Source: Lachnospiraceae bacterium
GTDB taxonomy: Bacteria; Bacillota; Clostridia; Lachnospirales; Lachnospiraceae
Assembly (NCBI GenBank): GCA_900772845.1
Contig: CAAGSD010000064.1
Span: 969 to 64,968, forward strand
DNA: 64,000 nucleotides
Direction: 5' to 3'
In this document: positions 37,857 to 48,920 of the stretch, piece after piece
Numbering within the stretch: position 1 is the first letter of the stretch
Layout of the letters: each line of letters starts with the position of its first letter
Program-made: the position numbers and the translations under genes
The notes under the pieces: generated by a model
The model's database searches: none
What the model saw: the letters and a program-made list of their open reading frames with translations, nothing else
What the model was told of the DNA's origin: nothing

Positions 37857-39991
37857 TATACGATCCTCTTAAATTTCTTCTCCAGGTCAGTCTCAGTCAT
37901 GGTAATAATAGTGGGTCTGCCGTGGGGACAGTTGTAGGGGTTATCCAGTGTCAGAAGTTCATCGATCAGCCGTTCCGCCTCCTGAAGGCTTAATCGGTTG
38001 TTACCCTTAACAGCCGCCTTACAGGACATGGATGCGATCTTCTCCTCGATGACCTGGAAGCTGCCGCGGCTGCCGGTCTCCTGGGACAGTTCATCAAGCA
38101 CCGCTAAAAACAGTTCTCTCTCACTACAGCCGTAGAGATCTACCGGCACACTTCGCAGGGCATATTCGTTGCCACCGAAGGCTTCGATCTCGAATCCAAG
38201 CTGTGTAAAAGCATCCTCGTAAGTATGGAGAATGCTTTCCTCCTGCCCTGTGAGACTTACAATGATGGGCGGCATCAGACGTTGGGATACCACACTTTTT
38301 TCATGGAACTGCTTCATCAGGCGCTCGTATTTTACCTTCTCATGGGCGGCATGTTGGTCAATGATGAACAGCTTATCCTCGAACTGGATCAACCAGTAGG
38401 TATCGAAGACCTGACCGATGATCCGGTAACGGCTGCGGTTCTGCATGGACAGCAGTTTTTCCTCGAACAGGTTCAACTGTTGTGCATTTTTCACCTCCGG
38501 CTCCGGTTCCAAAGCTACTTCCGGTGCCTGTACCGCAGGCTGTGCAGATCCTTCTGCAGCAGCGGTTGTCTCCGGTACCTGCTCAGGTGCCTTTTGCTCT
38601 TCGGGCGGCACTGCCTCTATAAAGAAATCGTCCTCCTGTGGCGCAGCTGTAACAGGCGTACCGGATACTTCGTGCGTAGTATCTGCACCGTTCTGAAGGA
38701 TCTGCGTTTTTTCTGCCGTCACAGTTCCGGTAACGTCTCCGGATGTTTCCCCTGCTGCAACAGATTCCGGCTTCCGGATACTGTTCTGCACTCCCTCATG
38801 ATTCTCCTGCCAGATGGGCTTCTGTATAAATTCTCTCCGGTCTTTCGGTACCGCCTCATATTTGGCTGCCTCCATGACACGGTAGTTTTCTTCTCTTTTT
38901 TTCTCGAACACCTCCGGCGTGTGCTCCTTCCAGGAAGCTTTTCTGGCTTCCTGCTCCTTTTTCTGAATGGCTTTTTCGTCCTCTAAAGAAGCATCCGGGA
39001 TCATTTCCCGGTTCCGCAGGGTTGTTGCTATCTTCTCGCTCAGCATTCTGGCAAATGCCATGCCGTCTGAAAACCGCACATCCATTTTGGAGGGATGCAC
39101 GTTCACATCCACCGTCTCTGTATCCATCGTAATATGCAGTACGCACAGCGGAAATTTATGCTGCATCAGATATTGCTTATAGCCTTCTTCAATGGCTTTG
39201 GCGATCACACCGCTGCGGATAAAGCGTCCGTTGATAAAATAAATCTCAAAATTGCGGTTGGAACGTACCAGTACCGGTTTACCCAGATACCCCTCAACCT
39301 TAATGCCGTTTTCTTCAATTTGGATCGGTACCAGCTCTGCGGCAATCTCTCTGCCGTAGATCCGGTAAATGACTTCCCGCAGATCACCGTTTCCGGAGGT
39401 ATGGAATCTGGTCTGATTCCCCAGTACGAATTTAAAGGAGATATCCGGTCTGGACAGTGCCAGATGTTCCATCAGATCCGTGATATAACTGCCTTCCGTA
39501 GCAGGCTGTTTTAAAAATTTCCGGCGTACCGGCGTATTAAAGAACAGATTCCTCATGAGGAAGGTGGTACCGTCCGGTGCACCGATCTCATCAATGGACT
39601 GTTCCCTTGCCCCCTCTAACACCATGCGGGTTCCGGTGAGGTTCTCTTTTCTCTTGGTGATGATCTCCACACGGGACACCGCCGCAATACTTGACAGAGC
39701 CTCACCGCGGAAGCCAAGGCTTGCGATATGGTTCAGATCATCTGCGTCTTCGATCTTGCTGGTGGCATGACGCAGGAACGCTGTAGGCAGCTGTTCCCGC
39801 TCAATTCCACAGCCGTTATCCGTCACACGGATAAACTCAATACCGCCTTCTTTTGCCTCTACCGTAATCGCCGTGGAACCGGCATCTATGGCATTTTCCA
39901 CCAGCTCCTTCACCACGCTGGCCGGCCGCTCTACCACCTCACCGGCCGCGATCCTGTCGATCGTCCGGGAGTCCAGTACATGTATTCCCAT
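37856..39991 (-). CDS. mutL: DNA mismatch repair protein MutL
   Basis: GHKL ATPase motifs (ELVENAIDAG, DNGCGI), C-terminal dimerisation domain with endonuclease motif. Confidence 0.95.
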   Translation of the reverse strand: MGIHVLDSRTIDRIAAGEVVERPASVVKELVENAIDAGSTAITVEAKEGGIEFIRVTDNGCGIEREQLPTAFLRHATSKIEDADDLNHIASLGFRGEALSSIAAVSRVEIITKRKENLTGTRMVLEGAREQSIDEIGAPDGTTFLMRNLFFNTPVRRKFLKQPATEGSYITDLMEHLALSRPDISFKFVLGNQTRFHTSGNGDLREVIYRIYGREIAAELVPIQIEENGIKVEGYLGKPVLVRSNRNFEIYFINGRFIRSGVIAKAIEEGYKQYLMQHKFPLCVLHITMDTETVDVNVHPSKMDVRFSDGMAFARMLSEKIATTLRNREMIPDASLEDEKAIQKKEQEARKASWKEHTPEVFEKKREENYRVMEAAKYEAVPKDRREFIQKPIWQENHEGVQNSIRKPESVAAGETSGDVTGTVTAEKTQILQNGADTTHEVSGTPVTAAPQEDDFFIEAVPPEEQKAPEQVPETTAAAEGSAQPAVQAPEVALEPEPEVKNAQQLNLFEEKLLSMQNRSRYRIIGQVFDTYWLIQFEDKLFIIDQHAAHEKVKYERLMKQFHEKSVVSQRLMPPIIVSLTGQEESILHTYEDAFTQLGFEIEAFGGNEYALRSVPVDLYGCSERELFLAVLDELSQETGSRGSFQVIEEKIASMSCKAAVKGNNRLSLQEAERLIDELLTLDNPYNCPHGRPTIITMTETDLEKKFKRIV

Positions 39992-40036
39992 ATAAATAAC
40001 CCGTTCCTTTCTGTAACCCGCAATATTTCAGGCGCT

Positions 40037-42694
40037 TTAGCCGTTCCAACGGTTCTTCAATTTATTCTGCAGACGATACAGGGTATTCAGTGCGTCTAAT
40101 GGAGTCAGTGTCGTCACCTCGATCTCCATCAATTCTTTTAAAATATCCTCGTCCGTCACAGTGTCGAACAGAGACATCTGTGCCAGATCCACCTCATCAT
40201 ATTTCGGCTGCTTTTTTGACTTGCCGTCATTTTTATTATCGATGGCGATGCTCTGCACCTTTTCCGTAATATCATTGTCCGACAGTTGTTCCACGATCTC
40301 CTTGGCACGGTCGATGACCATATCCGGCACACCTGCCAGCTTTGCCACCTGGATACCGTAGCTTTTATCCGCACCGCCCTTTACGATCTTACGTAAGAAC
40401 ACGATATCGTCACCGCATTCCTTCACAGCAATACAGTAGTTGTTCACATTGTTCATTTTGCCTTCCAGCTCGGTCAACTCATGATAATGGGTGGCGAACA
40501 GCGTCTTAGCTCCTAAGAGCTTGCGGTTGCTGATGTGTTCGATCACTGCCCAGGCAATGCTCAGTCCATCAAAAGTGGAAGTACCTCTTCCGATCTCGTC
40601 TAAGATCAGAAGGCTCCTGGATGTGGCATTTCGTAAGATATTCGCCACTTCATTCATCTCCACCATAAAAGTAGACTGACCGCTGGCCAGATCATCCGAA
40701 GCTCCCACACGGGTAAAGATCCGGTCTACAATACCGATATTAGCGGTTCTGGCAGGGACGAAGCACCCGATCTGCGCCATCAGTACGATCAGTGCCGTCT
40801 GACGCATGTAAGTGGATTTTCCGGCCATATTGGGGCCGGTAATGACACTGATGCAATGACTGCCATTATCCAGATAAGTGTCATTGGCAATAAACATATC
40901 ATTGGTGATCATCTGTTCCACTACCGGATGTCTGCCATCCTTGATATCAATAACACCTTTTTCGTTTAACTTCGGACGTACATAATGATTGCGCTCCGAA
41001 ACCAACGACAGCGACGCATACACATCCAGCTTTGCAATCGCTTTCGCAGTGTTCTGGATGCGGACCAGTTCCTGCGCAATGGTATCCCGGATTCTGCAGA
41101 AGACATCGTATTCCAGTGTCTGTAACTTATCCTCCGCATTTAAGATTGTATCTTCCAGTTCCTTAAGGCGTGGTGTGGTATACCGTTCCGCATTGGCAAG
41201 GGTCTGCTTACGGATGTAGTCCTCCGGCACCTGATCCTTGTAGGAATTTGTCACTTCAAAATAATAACCAAACACTTTGTTATATTTAATCTTCAGATTC
41301 TTGATTCCGGTACGTTCTCTGTCTTCTTCCTCCAGCTGGGCAAGCCACTGTTTTCCATCGTGTTTGGCGCTGCGCAGTCTGTCTATGGTCTCATCGAACT
41401 GATCCTTGATCATCCCGCCTTCCCTTATGGAGATCGGCGGTTCTTCAACGATTGCAGCATCGATCAGCTGATAGAGATCCTCCAGTCCGTCGATCTGCTC
41501 CCGGATCCCTGTCAATTCTTCCTTTTCAAACGCAGACAGTACCGTTTTGATGGGCGGCAGCATCTGCAGGGAATTCCGGAATGCGATCAGATCCCTGGGA
41601 TTTGCTGTCTTATAAGTCACCTTACTGAGCAGTCGTTCCAGATCATAAATGGGATTTAAATATTCCCTGATCTCATCCCTGGAAATAGAATCCTGATTCA
41701 GCTCCTGAATGGCATCCAGACGCTTCTCCATCTCATCCTTCTCGATCAACGGCTGTTCGATGTAATTGCGCAGAAGTCTGGCGCCCATGGCGGTCTTCGT
41801 CTTATCTAACACCCACAGAAGAGAGCCTCTCTTCTGCTTCTCTCTGAGCGTCTCCGTCAGTTCCAGATTCCTTCTGGTGGAGCTGTCCAGCAGCATATAT
41901 TTGCTGGTAAGATAGGGATAAATATGGGTAAAATGCTCCAGGTCTGTCTTCTGGGTATCGTACAGATACTGTAACAGTGCTCCCGCTGCCAGAAGTCCCG
42001 TAGGGAATTCTTCGACGCCAAGTCCGATCAGCGTATTTACCTTAAAATGTTTCATCAGGATCCGTCTGCACCCGTCATCATCGAACATATGTGATTCCAG
42101 CGCATTCACGGAAATATGTAGCCTGGATCTTAAATCATTCACATCAAATCCACTGACTAAAAAGGCTTCATTACAGATGATCTCCGAAGGTTCGTACTTC
42201 ATCAGTTCATCATTTAATTTTTTCAGATCTTCGACTTCGGTCAAGTAATAATCACCGGTAGTTACATCCGCTGCGGAGATACCGATGCCATCCGTGGTAT
42301 AAGCAATACACATCAGATAATTATTTTTACCGGCTTCCAGTGACTGGACATTCAGGTTAGTACCCGGTGTCACCACACGGATTACTTCCCGTTTCACCAG
42401 CCCCTTCGCAAGCTTCGGATCCTCCACCTGCTCGCAGATAGCTACTTTATAACCGCGGCTTACCAGTTTGGACAGATAGCCTTCCACGGCATGGTAGGGA
42501 ATGCCACACATGGGCGCACGTTCCTCCAGACCACAGCTTTTTCCCGTCAGTGTGATCTCCAGTTCCTTGGAGGCCACCAGAGCATCGTCGAAAAACATTT
42601 CATAGAAATCTCCCAGACGATAAAAAAGGATGCAGTCCTTATACTGCTCCTTGGTCTCCATATATTTTTGCATCATTGGTGTCAATTCAGCCAT
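40037..42694 (-). CDS. mutS: DNA mismatch repair protein MutS
   Basis: mismatch-binding N-terminus (LTPMMQKYMETKEQYKDCILFYRLGDFYEMFFDDA), Walker A GPNMAGKST; start ATG 42694 with AGGAGA RBS (ORF extends to 42760). Confidence 0.95.
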   Translation of the reverse strand: MAELTPMMQKYMETKEQYKDCILFYRLGDFYEMFFDDALVASKELEITLTGKSCGLEERAPMCGIPYHAVEGYLSKLVSRGYKVAICEQVEDPKLAKGLVKREVIRVVTPGTNLNVQSLEAGKNNYLMCIAYTTDGIGISAADVTTGDYYLTEVEDLKKLNDELMKYEPSEIICNEAFLVSGFDVNDLRSRLHISVNALESHMFDDDGCRRILMKHFKVNTLIGLGVEEFPTGLLAAGALLQYLYDTQKTDLEHFTHIYPYLTSKYMLLDSSTRRNLELTETLREKQKRGSLLWVLDKTKTAMGARLLRNYIEQPLIEKDEMEKRLDAIQELNQDSISRDEIREYLNPIYDLERLLSKVTYKTANPRDLIAFRNSLQMLPPIKTVLSAFEKEELTGIREQIDGLEDLYQLIDAAIVEEPPISIREGGMIKDQFDETIDRLRSAKHDGKQWLAQLEEEDRERTGIKNLKIKYNKVFGYYFEVTNSYKDQVPEDYIRKQTLANAERYTTPRLKELEDTILNAEDKLQTLEYDVFCRIRDTIAQELVRIQNTAKAIAKLDVYASLSLVSERNHYVRPKLNEKGVIDIKDGRHPVVEQMITNDMFIANDTYLDNGSHCISVITGPNMAGKSTYMRQTALIVLMAQIGCFVPARTANIGIVDRIFTRVGASDDLASGQSTFMVEMNEVANILRNATSRSLLILDEIGRGTSTFDGLSIAWAVIEHISNRKLLGAKTLFATHYHELTELEGKMNNVNNYCIAVKECGDDIVFLRKIVKGGADKSYGIQVAKLAGVPDMVIDRAKEIVEQLSDNDITEKVQSIAIDNKNDGKSKKQPKYDEVDLAQMSLFDTVTDEDILKELMEIEVTTLTPLDALNTLYRLQNKLKNRWNG

Positions 42695-42828
42695 GATCTT
42701 CTCCTGTTCTGTAAAAGGATCCACGACAAAGCGGACACGCAAAAGCTTGCGTATCCGCATCTATCTTAGCACAAAATATTGAGGTTGTAAATTAAAGAAC
42801 CCCTATGAAAAATGATAGTTTTTCACAC

Positions 42829-44478
42829 TTACTGCAGCTTTGCTGCGCATTCCAGTGCATCATCAATATGGGCACAGACATTTTCTCTGCCCACCTTGTC
42901 TAAGAATCCGCTCTTCTCCATGACATGCATGGGCTGTTCCCCTACATGGGACAGAATGATCTGGATGTTTTTCTTTTTGCAGTCCGCATATAACTGCTCC
43001 AGATTGTGCATGGCTGTGGCGTCGATGGCGCTCACGCTGCGCATACGCAGTACCAGGCAGTTCATCTTCTCATCTAAGGTGATCTTCAGGATCTTGTCCG
43101 CTGCACCGAAGAATAAGGGGCCGCTCACTTCATAGACCATAGTGTTGTGAGGTACGACTCTTAAGGACAGGCTGTCCGCATCATCATCCTCATCCACGTA
43201 TTTCCAGCCTTCCACTTCCGTCACATCGCTCATACGCTTCATGAACAGAATGGCTGCCAGTAAAATACCTACCTCGATCGCTACTACCAGATCGAATACG
43301 ACAGTCAGTACAAATGTGGTCACCAGAACGATAATGTCACTCTTGGGTGCGGTCTTGCACAGACCTACGAATTTACGCCAGTCGCACATGTTGTAAGCCA
43401 CCATGAACAGAATGGCTGCAATGGTGGGCATGGGGATCAGTGCCGCATAAGGCATCAGCACCACCAGGATCAAAAGCAGTGTCACGGAATGCACCATACC
43501 GGCAATGGGGGTACGTCCGCCGTTTTTCACATTGGCCGCAGTTCTTGCAATGGCTCCGGTGGCGGGGATTCCGCCGAACAATGCGGAAGTAATGTTGCCT
43601 GCACCCTGGGCGATCAGTTCCATATTGGAACGATGTCTGCTGTTCACCATACTGTCCGCTACCACACAGGAAAGCAATGACTCAATAGCAGCCAGAATTG
43701 CGATGGTAAACGCATCCGGCAGGACATTCTGTACCGTCTTCAGGCTGAAGGCAGGCAGAGAAATTGACGGAAGCTTATTGGAAATCTCATACAGATCTCC
43801 GATCGTATTTACATTCATGTTAAGCAGTGCAACCATAGCACTTCCCACCAGTACTGCGATCAGAGAAGGGGGTATCTTCTTACAAAAGCCCGGCAGATAC
43901 TGCCACAGGATCAGGATCAGGAGACTGATCACACCTACAAGCAGCGCCTGCACATTTGTGGTAGAGATGAACTGAAATACCGCTTTCAGTTTATCCATGG
44001 TCTCGATCAGCGGCTCTTCGCTGACAATGGTCAGTCCCAGAAAGTCCTTGATCTGTCCGATAAAGATCGTCACAGCAATACCGGAGGTAAAACCGGTGGT
44101 GATCGTATAGGGGATAAACTTGATCAGATTGCCCAGTCGTAAGAAGCCCATCAGGATCAGGATCACACCCGCTAACAATGTTGCGATGATCAGACCATCC
44201 ATCCCGTTCTTCGCTACAATTCCTGCAACAATGGTGGCAAATGCCGCAGTAGGACCTGCGATCTGTACGCGGCTGCCCCCTAAGAAAGAGATCACAAAAC
44301 CTGCCGTAATGGCGGTGTAAATACCTTTTTCGGGCGTCACTCCGGAAGCCAGTGCCAGTGCAATGGATAAGGGCAGGGCAATGATCGCTACAATGATACC
44401 TGCGACCACATCTTTTACAAACTGTTCTTTCGTGTAGCTTTTCATCACAGAGAAAAGCTTCGGTTTCAATTTTTCCAT
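42829..44478 (-). CDS. SulP-family anion transporter with C-terminal STAS domain
   Basis: SulP TM core and STAS domain (anti-sigma antagonist-like C-terminus). Confidence 0.85.
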   Translation of the reverse strand: MEKLKPKLFSVMKSYTKEQFVKDVVAGIIVAIIALPLSIALALASGVTPEKGIYTAITAGFVISFLGGSRVQIAGPTAAFATIVAGIVAKNGMDGLIIATLLAGVILILMGFLRLGNLIKFIPYTITTGFTSGIAVTIFIGQIKDFLGLTIVSEEPLIETMDKLKAVFQFISTTNVQALLVGVISLLILILWQYLPGFCKKIPPSLIAVLVGSAMVALLNMNVNTIGDLYEISNKLPSISLPAFSLKTVQNVLPDAFTIAILAAIESLLSCVVADSMVNSRHRSNMELIAQGAGNITSALFGGIPATGAIARTAANVKNGGRTPIAGMVHSVTLLLILVVLMPYAALIPMPTIAAILFMVAYNMCDWRKFVGLCKTAPKSDIIVLVTTFVLTVVFDLVVAIEVGILLAAILFMKRMSDVTEVEGWKYVDEDDDADSLSLRVVPHNTMVYEVSGPLFFGAADKILKITLDEKMNCLVLRMRSVSAIDATAMHNLEQLYADCKKKNIQIILSHVGEQPMHVMEKSGFLDKVGRENVCAHIDDALECAAKLQ

Positions 44479-44507
44479 AACATTCTCCTCAATATAATCT
44501 CCTCAGT

Positions 44508-44557
44508 AAAAAGACCCATGTGAAATTATAAAATTTTTATAAAATCACACGGGTCTT
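44508..44557 (-). terminator. rho-independent terminator after miaB (13-bp stem AAGACCCATGTGA/TCACACGGGTCTT with 21-nt AT-palindromic loop, then UUUUUAC)
   Basis: seen in sequence 44511-44523/44545-44557. Confidence 0.6.
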
Positions 44558-44606
44558 ATCATAGCTCTATTCTGTTTGGTTTGCAAGGTTTTTTTATAAA
44601 TCAGGT

Positions 44607-46034
44607 TCAATCGACGCTTCGTTCATCAACCTGGTGCCCCATATAATAAAATCCATGACATTCATCCAGTGAAACATTCACAAGCTTTCCCACCAGTGAT
44701 GCATCTCCCGGAAAATGTACCAGCGTATTATTTGACATTCTTCCGGTCACTAAGGAGCTGTCATTTTCATTGATCTCTTCCACCAGTACCTCGCAGATCT
44801 GTCCCTGATACCTGGATACCTGTTCCCTGGCTGTTTCCTGCACGGTCTTAAGCACCCGGTCAAACTGCTCCTTTACCAGGTCTTCCGGCACCTGCTCCAT
44901 GGCTGCCGCCGGTGTTCCGGTACGTTTAGAATAGATAAACGTAAAAGCATTATCATATTTTACACGACGGATCACATCGATGGTCTCGTCTACGTCTTCC
45001 TTTGTCTCTCCGGGGAATCCTACGATAATATCCGTAGTGATCGCCATATCCGGAATCTCCTTACGGATCTTCTCCGCCAGCTCCAGATACTGCTCCTTGG
45101 TATAACGACGGTTCATTGCTTTTAATATCTTCGTGGAACCGGACTGCAAAGGAAGATGAAGGTGTCTGCAGATCTTTTTGGAATGCTTCATCACCTCGAT
45201 CAGCTCATCTGACAGATCCTTGGGGTGAGAGGTCATGAAACGGATCCGCTCCAATCCCTCAATTTTTTCTACTTCCTGCAAAAGCTGTGCAAAGGTAATG
45301 GGCTCTTCCAGATTTTTACCGTAGGAATTTACATTCTGTCCCAGCAGCATGATCTCCACAACACCGTCTGCCACCAGTCCCTCGATCTCCCGGATGATAT
45401 CCTTCGGATTACGGCTGCGCTCCCTGCCACGCACATAAGGTACAATACAGTAGCTGCAGAAATTATTGCAGCCGAACATAATATTGATACCTGATTTGAA
45501 AGAATACTTTCTCTCTACCGGCAGGTCTTCCACGATCTTATCCGTATCCTTCCAGATATCAATGACCATTCCCTCATTTTCAAACAGGGAACATAACAGC
45601 TCTGCGAATTTGAAAATATTATGGGTTCCGAAGATCAGATCCACGAAGCGGTAACTGCTTTTGATCTTCTCGATCACGGTGGGTTCCTGCATCATACAGC
45701 CGCACAGTGCGATCTTCATGTGAGGATTTTTCCTCTTATAGCCGTTTAATACTCCCAGTCTTCCGTAGACACGCTGGTTTGCGTTATCTCTCACCGTACA
45801 GGTATTGTAGATCACAAAGTCCGCATTCTCGTCCTCTATGATCTCATAGCCGACTTTTTCCAGAATTCCCACCAGTTTTTCCGAATCCCTGGCATTCATC
45901 TGGCATCCGAAAGTAGTCACACAGCAGGTAGGCTTTCTGCCCAGTTCTTCTCCAAGCTTTGCCACATGACCGGAGGCTTTCTCCATAAAATAATACTGTC
46001 TGTCGGTTTCGTTCATTTGTGTTACATTTGTCAT
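44607..46034 (-). CDS. miaB: tRNA-i6A37 methylthiotransferase MiaB (radical SAM)
   Basis: UPF0004 N-terminal Cys triad (CQMN), radical-SAM CxxxCxxC (CNNFCSYC), TRAM C-terminus. Confidence 0.95.
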   Translation of the reverse strand: MTNVTQMNETDRQYYFMEKASGHVAKLGEELGRKPTCCVTTFGCQMNARDSEKLVGILEKVGYEIIEDENADFVIYNTCTVRDNANQRVYGRLGVLNGYKRKNPHMKIALCGCMMQEPTVIEKIKSSYRFVDLIFGTHNIFKFAELLCSLFENEGMVIDIWKDTDKIVEDLPVERKYSFKSGINIMFGCNNFCSYCIVPYVRGRERSRNPKDIIREIEGLVADGVVEIMLLGQNVNSYGKNLEEPITFAQLLQEVEKIEGLERIRFMTSHPKDLSDELIEVMKHSKKICRHLHLPLQSGSTKILKAMNRRYTKEQYLELAEKIRKEIPDMAITTDIIVGFPGETKEDVDETIDVIRRVKYDNAFTFIYSKRTGTPAAAMEQVPEDLVKEQFDRVLKTVQETAREQVSRYQGQICEVLVEEINENDSSLVTGRMSNNTLVHFPGDASLVGKLVNVSLDECHGFYYMGHQVDERSVD

Positions 46035-46069
46035 ATAAAAAATATTGCCTTTCTAAATATCGGTATCTA

Positions 46070-47302
46070 TTATCTGTCTGCGTATTTTGCTGCAATGGCG
46101 ATCAATAGTTCTGTCGTTTTTTCCATGGACTGTACACAGGCATACTCATATCTGCCGTGATAATTTTCTCCGCCGGTGCACAGGTTCGGACAGGGCAGCC
46201 CCATGAAGGACAGTCTGGCGCCGTCGGTACCGCCGCGGATGGGAGATACCTTGGGTTCGATCCCCAGCTCTTCCATGGCAGCTTTCGCATTGTCGACCAG
46301 GTGCATATGCTGCTCCATGATCTCCCGCATGTTATAATAAGAATCTTTCATATCCACTATAACGGTACCTTCCCCATACTTCCGGTTCAGGAACTCCGCA
46401 CAGGACAAGAACAGCTCTTTTTTCTGTTCAAACAGCTGTCTGTTATGATCACGTATAATATAGTCCGCAGTAACCTCCTCCACATTGCCGCTTATGGCAT
46501 CCAGATGGAAGAAGCCCTCATAATCTTCGGTATACATTGGATTCTGCTCCACCGGCAGCAGCTGCTGGAACTCCTGTGCGATCAGGATGGCATTTTTCAT
46601 TTTGCCCTTGGCGGAACCTGGATGCACACTTCTGCCATAGACATGAAGCTTTGCTCCTGCGGCATTAAAATTCTCATATTCCAATTCGCCCAGTGCACCA
46701 CCGTCTACGGTATACGCATAATCTGCTCCGAACAGCTTCACATCAAAATAATCTGCTCCGGCACCGACTTCCTCATCCGGGGTAAAACCAATGCGGATCC
46801 TGCCGTGTTTTTTCTCAGGATGTTTTAACAGTTCTTCTGCCATAGTCATGATCTCGGCAACTCCTGCTTTGTCATCTGCGCCAAGCAGCGTCGTCCCATC
46901 GGTCACGATCAAATCTTTCCCCACATAATTTAACAGATCCGGGAAATCCGCTGTCTTCATGACAATGTTCTCTGCTGCATTCAGTACGATATCTTTTCCG
47001 TCATACTTCTCCACGATCCGGGGCTTCACATTGGTATCCGTCACCGCAGGCGATGTATCCATATGTGCGATAAATCCAAGTACCGGTGCATTCTCGCAGC
47101 CTGCGGATGCGGGAACGGTGGCATAGACATAGCAGTGCTCCTTATCATAAGTGATCTCTGTGGCACCCATAGTCTCCAGTTCACTGACAAGCAGACCTGC
47201 CAGGTCATGCTGCTTCATGGTGCTGGGGGTCGTGGTGCTCTCTTCACTGGACTGGGTATCGATCTTCACATATCGTAAAAAATTCTCTATCGTCTTAGTC
47301 AT
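46070..47302 (-). CDS. pepT: peptidase T (tripeptide aminopeptidase, M20B)
   Basis: M20 metal-binding motifs (AHMDT, GADDKAG, EE), start ATG 47302 with AGGAGTG RBS (ORF extends to 47413). Confidence 0.9.
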   Translation of the reverse strand: MTKTIENFLRYVKIDTQSSEESTTTPSTMKQHDLAGLLVSELETMGATEITYDKEHCYVYATVPASAGCENAPVLGFIAHMDTSPAVTDTNVKPRIVEKYDGKDIVLNAAENIVMKTADFPDLLNYVGKDLIVTDGTTLLGADDKAGVAEIMTMAEELLKHPEKKHGRIRIGFTPDEEVGAGADYFDVKLFGADYAYTVDGGALGELEYENFNAAGAKLHVYGRSVHPGSAKGKMKNAILIAQEFQQLLPVEQNPMYTEDYEGFFHLDAISGNVEEVTADYIIRDHNRQLFEQKKELFLSCAEFLNRKYGEGTVIVDMKDSYYNMREIMEQHMHLVDNAKAAMEELGIEPKVSPIRGGTDGARLSFMGLPCPNLCTGGENYHGRYEYACVQSMEKTTELLIAIAAKYADR

Positions 47303-47453
47303 AATCTCACTCCTAACGTTTCTACACAAATACAACTTATCCGGGCTTGTTCTTCTCTCAAATTCGTATAGCCCAATCTTATTTATCATATCATGGTGAC
47401 CGCATCGCTTCAATATTTAATTTCATTTCAGGGGTAATTTCCGGGGTAATGGT

Positions 47454-48827
47454 TCAGAGCTTATAGGTTCTAATTTCCCGACAGATTCCCTTCGACAGCA
47501 TCACTACCGCCAGAAGATTCGGCACCGCCATCAGGCCATTACAGATATCTGAGAAATCCCATACCGCTTCCAGCGAACAGACGGCACCTAAAAAGGCAGC
47601 TATACCATATCCCACTCGGTACCATCCGGTCCGTCGGCATCGTCCCATCAGATATTCAAATGCTTTCTCACCCTGATATTCCCAGGCAATAATTGTAGCA
47701 AACGCAAACAATGCGATAGATAGTGTAAGCATCCATTCCCCCACCCTGCCAAAGGTGGCAGAAAATACAGCGATCATAAGCGCCGTTCCGTTCAAAAGCT
47801 CCCCCTGCGCATCCCGCTGTCCCAGCATGCCGCTGGATGCTATGGCAAGCCCTGTCAGGGAACAGATCACAATGGTATCGATAAAAACTCCCGTCATGCT
47901 GATATACCCCTGACGCACCGCATCCGATGTATCTGCGCAAGCCGCACTGATTCCGGCTGCTCCGAGTCCCGCTTCGTTGGAAAATACGCCACGGGAGACA
48001 CCATAGCGCATAGCCTGCCTGCCGGAACATAGGAACCCAATACTCCCTCCTGCCATAGCTTCCGGGCAGAAAGCGCCCCACAGGATCTGCCAAATTCCTG
48101 CCGGAAGATTATGTAAATGAGTAAAGATCACCATGCCTGTTCCGAACAGATAAAATACTGCCATACAGGGTACCAGATATTCCGTGACCCTTGCTATTTT
48201 ATCGATCCCTCCAAGGATTACCAGGATCGTAAGGATACCAAGCACCAGTCCTGACGCTGTCCGGTCAACTCCAAAAGTCACAGCCAGTGCCTCCGCAATA
48301 GAATTCCCCTGCGTCATATTCCCCATGCCAAAGGAGGCAAGTACTGCGAATATTGCAAAAAGTACCGCAAGGATCCGCCCCATGCATCTATACGGAAATA
48401 CATTTTGCAGAACATACATGGGACCACCCACCGGTTTCCCCTTGTGATCTCTTACACGATACCTGACACACAGCGTACTTTCCACCAGTTTGGTTGACAG
48501 CCCGATGATCCCGGACAAGAGCATCCAGAACAGTGCACCCGGTCCTCCCAGCGCCATGGCAGCCGCCACGCCTACGATATTTCCCGTACCTATCGTTGCC
48601 GCCAGTTCCGTAGTCAGAGCTGAAAACGAAGAAACCCCTCCCCCATCTGTGCCTTTCCGGCTCTTAGGATGGAACACCAGACCAAGTGCCGCCAACAGGT
48701 TTCTCAAGGGAAGAAAGCGCAGACTTATCATCAGATAGCAGCCACAGCCCAATAATAAAACTATAAGCCAGGGTCCCCATACGATCCGGTCTGCCTGCTG
48801 TAAAAAGCCTGTTACCTCTGTGATCAT
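47454..48827 (-). CDS. sodium:alanine (alanine/glycine:cation) symporter, AGCS family
   Basis: AGCS signature region (GTGNIVGVAAAMALGGPGALFWM). Confidence 0.85.
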   Translation of the reverse strand: MITEVTGFLQQADRIVWGPWLIVLLLGCGCYLMISLRFLPLRNLLAALGLVFHPKSRKGTDGGGVSSFSALTTELAATIGTGNIVGVAAAMALGGPGALFWMLLSGIIGLSTKLVESTLCVRYRVRDHKGKPVGGPMYVLQNVFPYRCMGRILAVLFAIFAVLASFGMGNMTQGNSIAEALAVTFGVDRTASGLVLGILTILVILGGIDKIARVTEYLVPCMAVFYLFGTGMVIFTHLHNLPAGIWQILWGAFCPEAMAGGSIGFLCSGRQAMRYGVSRGVFSNEAGLGAAGISAACADTSDAVRQGYISMTGVFIDTIVICSLTGLAIASSGMLGQRDAQGELLNGTALMIAVFSATFGRVGEWMLTLSIALFAFATIIAWEYQGEKAFEYLMGRCRRTGWYRVGYGIAAFLGAVCSLEAVWDFSDICNGLMAVPNLLAVVMLSKGICREIRTYKL

Positions 48828-48920
48828 AAAAAGTCTGTCTCCCTGACTTATTTTTCTAAACTATATTCTTTATTTTTCTATTTTATGATGCCAGGGTCAA
48901 AAGGTCTAAGCGGAATATAT

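Noticed and set aside
46255-46270. GGGTTCGATCCCC, a perfect tRNA T-arm-like motif
   Set aside because: Located inside the pepT coding sequence with no acceptor or anticodon stem context; coincidental
48828-48920. Possible glycine riboswitch upstream of the alanine/glycine symporter
   Set aside because: Only about 90 nt of leader, and none of the conserved glycine-aptamer cores (GGAGAG...CACCGAAGGGGCAA-like)
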